From: Octopus bimaculoides
Taxonomy: Eukaryota
NCBI RefSeq assembly: GCF_001194135.2
Contig: NC_068983.1
Span: 163,305,220-163,357,990 of the forward strand
DNA length: 52,771 nucleotides
Reading direction: 5' to 3'
Every line of letters starts with the position of its first letter. The stretch's first letter is position 1. Shown piece after piece: positions 47,922 to 52,771 of this stretch. The notes beneath the pieces were generated by a model that saw only the letters and a program-made list of their open reading frames with translations, was not told the origin of the DNA and did not search any database. Made by a program: the position numbers and the translations under genes.

Positions 47922-48846
47922 TAACGAAGTGCGTTCCAGAAGGTTTGAGACTTTTTTAGGAGAGGAAGTTATAACTCGCCTAGATTATCGTAAATTTAGT
48001 ATATCATTAATACGTATCTAATGAGCTAACCTGCCACCAACTTTTGTGATTCCAGATGGAAAGAGACGGCTATAACAGTATTTTCAACACACTCAACTAA
48101 ATACTATTTGTCACAGCTGAATAGTTTGCGAAATGCAATCGGAACGTGAAGATAATGCGGACGCTCGCAGTGTAATAACGTTTTATGTTAAACTGGGCAA
48201 AAGTGCTACAGAAAACATAAGAATAGCCCGAGACTGATTATGGATTAACTTATATCAACCAAACATCTATTTTTCGCTGGTACAAGAATCCAGGCAAAGT
48301 AAGTCCATAGGGAAGCTGATGATGATCTTCTTTTTCCACAAGAGAATCATCAGCATCCCCTTTTTCTCCTCAGGCCGCACGGTCTACAAAGAGTACTTTG
48401 GAGATTGTGAAGGAGTTCAGGAAGACATTTCAGTTTTAACGATCAACGCTCTTACACCTGGACAATGCATCTGTCGACGCTTCAATCCAGGCAAACGACT
48501 ACTTGACAGAGAGGGACACCAAAACTGTCCCTCTCCCTCCCTAAAATCTGGACCTCGTTCCCTGTGCCGTTTGGTTGTTCCCCACGCTGAAGGAAAAGCT
48601 CAGGGACAGTCGTTTTGGAAGTAAACGAAGCTGTGACAAGGGTCCTGGACACCGCCACTTTGATGCGCTTCCATTTGGCCTTTTTCACGAAATGGGCGGA
48701 GCGCAACAACGGGTGCATTGGAGTCAAAGGCTCCTACTTTAAACGCGATTAAAGTTTGGTACTTCTTTAAAATTAATGAATTCAGATAAATAAATGCCTC
48801 TCCAGGAAAAGTTTCAAAACGTCTGGAATGCATCGCACTTCGTGTA
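47922..48846 (+). mobile_element. Internally deleted mariner DNA transposon with both TIRs
   Basis: TIRs acgaagtgcg....ttccaga..gtttga.acttt...ggagagg at both ends, TA flanks; transposase ATG 48133 (VITFYVKLGKSATE..IFRWYK), deletion, KLMMIFFF, HLDNA, P*NLDLVPCAVWLFPTLKEKL, CIGVKGSYF, stop 48750-48752. Confidence 0.9.
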
Positions 48847-48927
48847 TTTGATGGAAGACAAATTTATTTGAGCTATTACACTCTCGAAGTTTACATTGAA
48901 AACTTTGAGCACCAGCCAAGTATATTC

Positions 48928-49148
48928 TTTTATTCTTTTACTTGTTTCAGTCATTTGACTGCGGCCATGCTGGAGCACCGCCTTAAAAGGGTTTTAGTCG
49001 AAGAAATTGACCCCAGGATTTGTATTTTTTGTAAGCCCGGTACTTATTCTATCAGTCCCATTTGCCGAACCACTGGGTTACGGGGATGGAAACACGCCAA
49101 CATCAGATGTAAAGCGATGGTGGGGGGACAAACAGCATCACAAGTACT

Positions 49149-49187
<39 letters not shown>
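48928..49187 (-). mobile_element. SINE family B, tail plus (CA)n running into a gap
   Basis: cttttacttgtttcagtcatttgactgcggccatgctggagcaccgcc. Confidence 0.88.
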
Positions 49188-49342
49188 NNNNNNNNNNNNN
49201 NNNNNNNNNNNNNNNNNNNNNNNNNNNNNNNNNNNNNNNNNNNNNNNNNNNNNNNNNNNNNNNNNNATCATCTATCATTCGCCATGATAGATCGCTAACC
49301 ACTACATACATTTTATGTCTACTTGTTTCTTTCTTTGTTCCG

Positions 49343-49374
49343 TTCTGTAGAAGAGCATAGGTTCGAAACGTTAA
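49343..49374 (+). ncRNA. Minimal hammerhead motif with an A6U core mutation (probably inactive)
   Basis: tt-CTGTAGA-a-GAGC(atag)GTTC-GAAA-CG-T-T-aa. Confidence 0.45.
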
Positions 49375-51675
49375 AAGAATTTTTCAATTCCCGAGCGATT
49401 TACTAATACATCTGTTTGTTTTCTACACCACCTGTCTTCGTCTTTTGTTTTCTTTTGTGAATTCTCCCTATATATATCACACTCTCACGTGGTCGCATCA
49501 GTTGATCCTGNNNNNNNNNNNNNNNNNNNNNNNNNNNNNNNNNNNNNNNNNNNNNNNNNNNNNNNNNNNNNNNNNNNNNNNNNNNNNNNNNNNNNNNNNN
49601 NNNNNNNNNNNNNNNNNNNNNNNNNNNNNNNNNNNNNNNNNNNNNNNNNNNNNNNNNNNNNNNNNNNNNNNNNNNNNNNNNNNNNNNNNNNNNNNNNNNN
49701 NNNNNNNNNNNNNNNNNNNNNNNNNNNNNNNNNNNNNNNNNNNNNNNNNNNNNNNNNNNNNNNNNNNNNNNNNNNNNNNNNNNNNNNNNNNNNNNNNNNN
49801 NNNNNNNNNNNNNNNNNNNNNNNNNNNNNNNNNNNNNNNNNNNNNNNNNNNNNNNNNNNNNNNNNNNNNNNNNNNNNNNNNNNNNNNNNNNNNNNNNNNN
49901 NNNNNNNNNTATATATATATATATATTTGTCTGTATATACTAGTATGTGTGTATATATATATTAATGTTTGTTTTTACGTTCAGTTATAATAAAAACAAT
50001 TTTACATAAATCGGATGGGTTATTCTATACTTTTGTAGAGTACAAATTTATCATTCTTAAATAAGAATATTATTGACTGTGACTTTGAAGTTTTGACCTG
50101 CTAAGCCATCGTCCGCAATCACTGTCAATAATATTCTTGTTTGAGAATAATAAATGTGTGTGTACGTATATAGATATATATGTATTTGTGCGTGTGTATA
50201 TGTGCGTATGTATATGTATGCGAATGCGTATGAGATATGTTTCTCTTGTGCGTATATCGTCGGGGGATAGCTGATTGTTGTAAGGAGGCGTAACCTGGAA
50301 TGCTTCTCATTCTGGATTACGCCCCGTTACAGCAAGTTTGAAATTGCTATTCGACAAAAAAAAAATCGATAAAATAGCTAAATGCTGTGATCGATATAAT
50401 AGACTAAACTTTGTGAAGGGAAGGCTGTTCTCCTTGTGTGGCCTTTGTCGATGGAATCAAATCAAGGAAAGAATTAAATAATATATTTTATACCGTTTTC
50501 TAATTCAATTTGGCACTATTGGGTTTATATATTAGAAGAAAACTATTACGCAGTGTGTCTTAGCTCTTTTACAATCAAACACCAGAAGAAGAGAAATAAG
50601 ATGAGAAACAGAATATCATTAATTGTATTAACCAGTTATCAAGATGACAAAGGCAGAAAGATTATTTATTTTGTATGTTTTTGTTCTCGAACTCTTGGGT
50701 TCATTAAGGACATTTACGCGGTTTCCGTAGCAAATTAATGGACATCACGATATTCCCCTGAAACACTATACCGGTCCATTGCAAAGTTTGAGGGGAAGGA
50801 ACAAGCCAATAACATCCACATCAAATAGTTGAGTGGTACCTAATTTTATCGAACCCGAAGGGAAGAAAAGCAAATTTGAGCTCTGCGAGCATTTATAGTA
50901 GAGCTGAAAATGTCTGGTTTCCTACTGACTTCTAAAGTTACGTGGAGTATCTAGTTGTGTAAGGAAAGATTTTGTTTCGCTGAAAGACTGAAATTTCATA
51001 TTTTTTGTTATATTACTAGAATGTTCCTCGTTGAATGTAGGGTAACAATGGAAGCATACTTTTTCCAACACGGGTAATATCGGGAAATATGACGTACATA
51101 CAATAATTACAATCTAACTTTTAGCAAATTTTCTGGTGCTTATTCAAAACGATGAAAATAATACTTATTTTCAACAGAAAAAAAGTATTTAAAATCTTAC
51201 TGTAAAATATAAAGAGAAATTGAAGATAAAATTACTCTCTGTCTGATTATATATTACTGATCTTCGCACACGCTCACAACTCCTCCCACCTATCCTTTTC
51301 TCTCAGTGGAAATTTCATTTCGCCTAGCACAAGTATATTGCATTTTTTTTTTAAACAAGACGATTATAAAGCGATAATTTTTAACCGGACAAAAATCTGT
51401 ATCTTCTGGCTTTCAACGTTAACTAAGTAATATCTACATAAAGGTCTCACTCTCGAGTTACTTCTATATCATATTACGAATTTTATTCTGCTGATGCATC
51501 ACCTTTTCTCTTGGTGTTTTTCGCTTTTATCATGTTATACATATATATATATATTACGGACGGAGATATACGTGCATAGCAAGTGACTTGATCTGAGATC
51601 GTGTGCTGGAACGAAAACAATTGCAGTGTGGAAGGTGTTTATAAGCCATTTAAGAAACACACAAAAATCGTTAGA

Positions 51676-51844
51676 TTCACATCAACATTTAAATTTAATT
51701 TGCCAAAATATTTTCGTCGCTTTGAGACCGCGACCTGTTCACTAACAAAATTCAGATTGCAGCACAGAATTTTGTCAGTGAACAGGTCACGGTCTCAAAG
51801 CGACGAAAATATTTTAGCAAATTAAATTTAAATGTTGAAGTGAA
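51676..51844. repeat. Hairpin: 78-bp arms, 13-nt loop
   Basis: 51676-51753 versus 51767-51844 shows 4 mismatches. Confidence 0.93.
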
Positions 51845-52400
51845 GACTTTGGGGGACAACCAGGTCGAACCATCTCAAGTGTAACTGCCCNNNNNNNNNN
51901 NNNNNNNNNNNNNNNNNNNNNNNNNNNNNNNNNNNNNNNNNNNNNNNNNNNNNNNNNNNNNNNNNNNNNNNNNNNNNNNNNNNNNNNNNNNNNNNNNNNN
52001 NNNNNNNNNNNNNNNNNNNNNNNNNNNNNNNNNNNNNNNNNNNNNNNNNNNNNNNNNNNNNNNNNNNNNNNNNNNNNNNNNNNNNNNNNNNNNNNNNNNN
52101 NNNNNNNNNNNNNNNNNNNNNNNNNNNNNNNNNNNNNNNNNNNNNNNNNNNNNNNNNNNNNNNNNNNNNNNNNNNNNNNNNNNNNNNNNNNNNNNNNNNN
52201 NNNNNNNNNNNNNNNNNNNNNNNNNNNNNNNNNNNNNNNNNNNNNNNNNNNNNNNNNNNNNNNNNNNNNNNNNNNNNNNNNNNATATATATAATGCTAGA
52301 AATATGAGCTAAAATGCTCTAAAGCTGTACTTAACGCACATGAATGAAAATATACATTAACAGGGACCATAATTGTTTGAAAAATACAGACCGAGAATAC

Positions 52401-52448
52401 TTAAGACTGACGTCAGTTTCGGCTATTTCCGTTGCCATCATCGGTTAA
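52401..52448 (-). ncRNA. Type I hammerhead ribozyme, U4C core variant
   Basis: Minus strand: TTAA-CCGATGA-t-GGC(aacggaaata)GCC-GAAA-CTG(acgt)CAG-TC-TTAA. Confidence 0.55.
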
Positions 52449-52537
52449 GCCAGCTCGGTGTTCGGTTATTTTCGGATGACGAAAACATATATGCTAATAG
52501 GGAAGCAGGACCAGAAATAGCCGAACGCCGATCTGGT

Positions 52538-52587
52538 TTAACTGATGATGGCAACGGAAATGGCCGAAACTGACGCGCAAGTCTTAA
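52538..52587 (+). ncRNA. Type I hammerhead ribozyme with an intact core and a GUC cleavage triplet
   Basis: TTAA-CTGATGA-t-GGC(aacggaaatg)GCC-GAAA-CTG(acgcg)CA-a-G-TC-TTAA; predicted cleavage after 52583. Confidence 0.7.
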
Positions 52588-52771
52588 TAATTCCTGGTCG
52601 GTATTTTCCGGTCAATTTTGGTCTGTGTTAGTGTATATGTGTTCATGCATGTGCGTTAACTACACCATTAAATCACTTTAGCTTTTATTTCTACCAATGC
52701 AGGTGTTTTTAACACCCTAGACACATTTAGTGACAATTATATATACATGTATATAAATATATATGTATATA

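Larger units (their letters stand above)
52365..52623. repeat. Imperfect palindrome: arms about 107 bp, 43-nt spacer
   Basis: 52365-52471 versus 52515-52623, roughly 80% identical by eye. Confidence 0.92.

Overview
Eukaryotic, AT-rich, gapped draft-assembly sequence with many N runs, mostly at microsatellites. No host protein-coding gene could be supported, so it is probably intergenic or intronic. The repeat repertoire (tRNA-headed SINE families, dense CA/TA/GA/AAT microsatellites) looks like a coleoid cephalopod such as Octopus; this is inferred from pattern recognition, not from a search. The window holds decayed mobile elements: four R4/Dong-clade non-LTR fragments, RTE, CR1-like and Penelope-like (PLE) RT fragments, an internally deleted mariner with both TIRs, a Helitron Rep-helicase fragment, a possible hAT remnant, about 20 SINE copies (working names A, B, C), two unclassified repeats (E, G) and several foldback elements. 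Three observations stand out. (1) A 259-bp imperfect palindrome at 52365-52623 carries a type I hammerhead ribozyme on each strand. (2) A minimal hammerhead with an intact core lies at 11679-11720, and there are several degenerate ones. (3) Two oppositely oriented clusters (1-3065 and 7845-10732) contain Dong fragments and repeats G, E and A in the same relative orientation, linked by (AAT)n. Family names A-G are my own labels. Coordinates of degenerate fragments are approximate.
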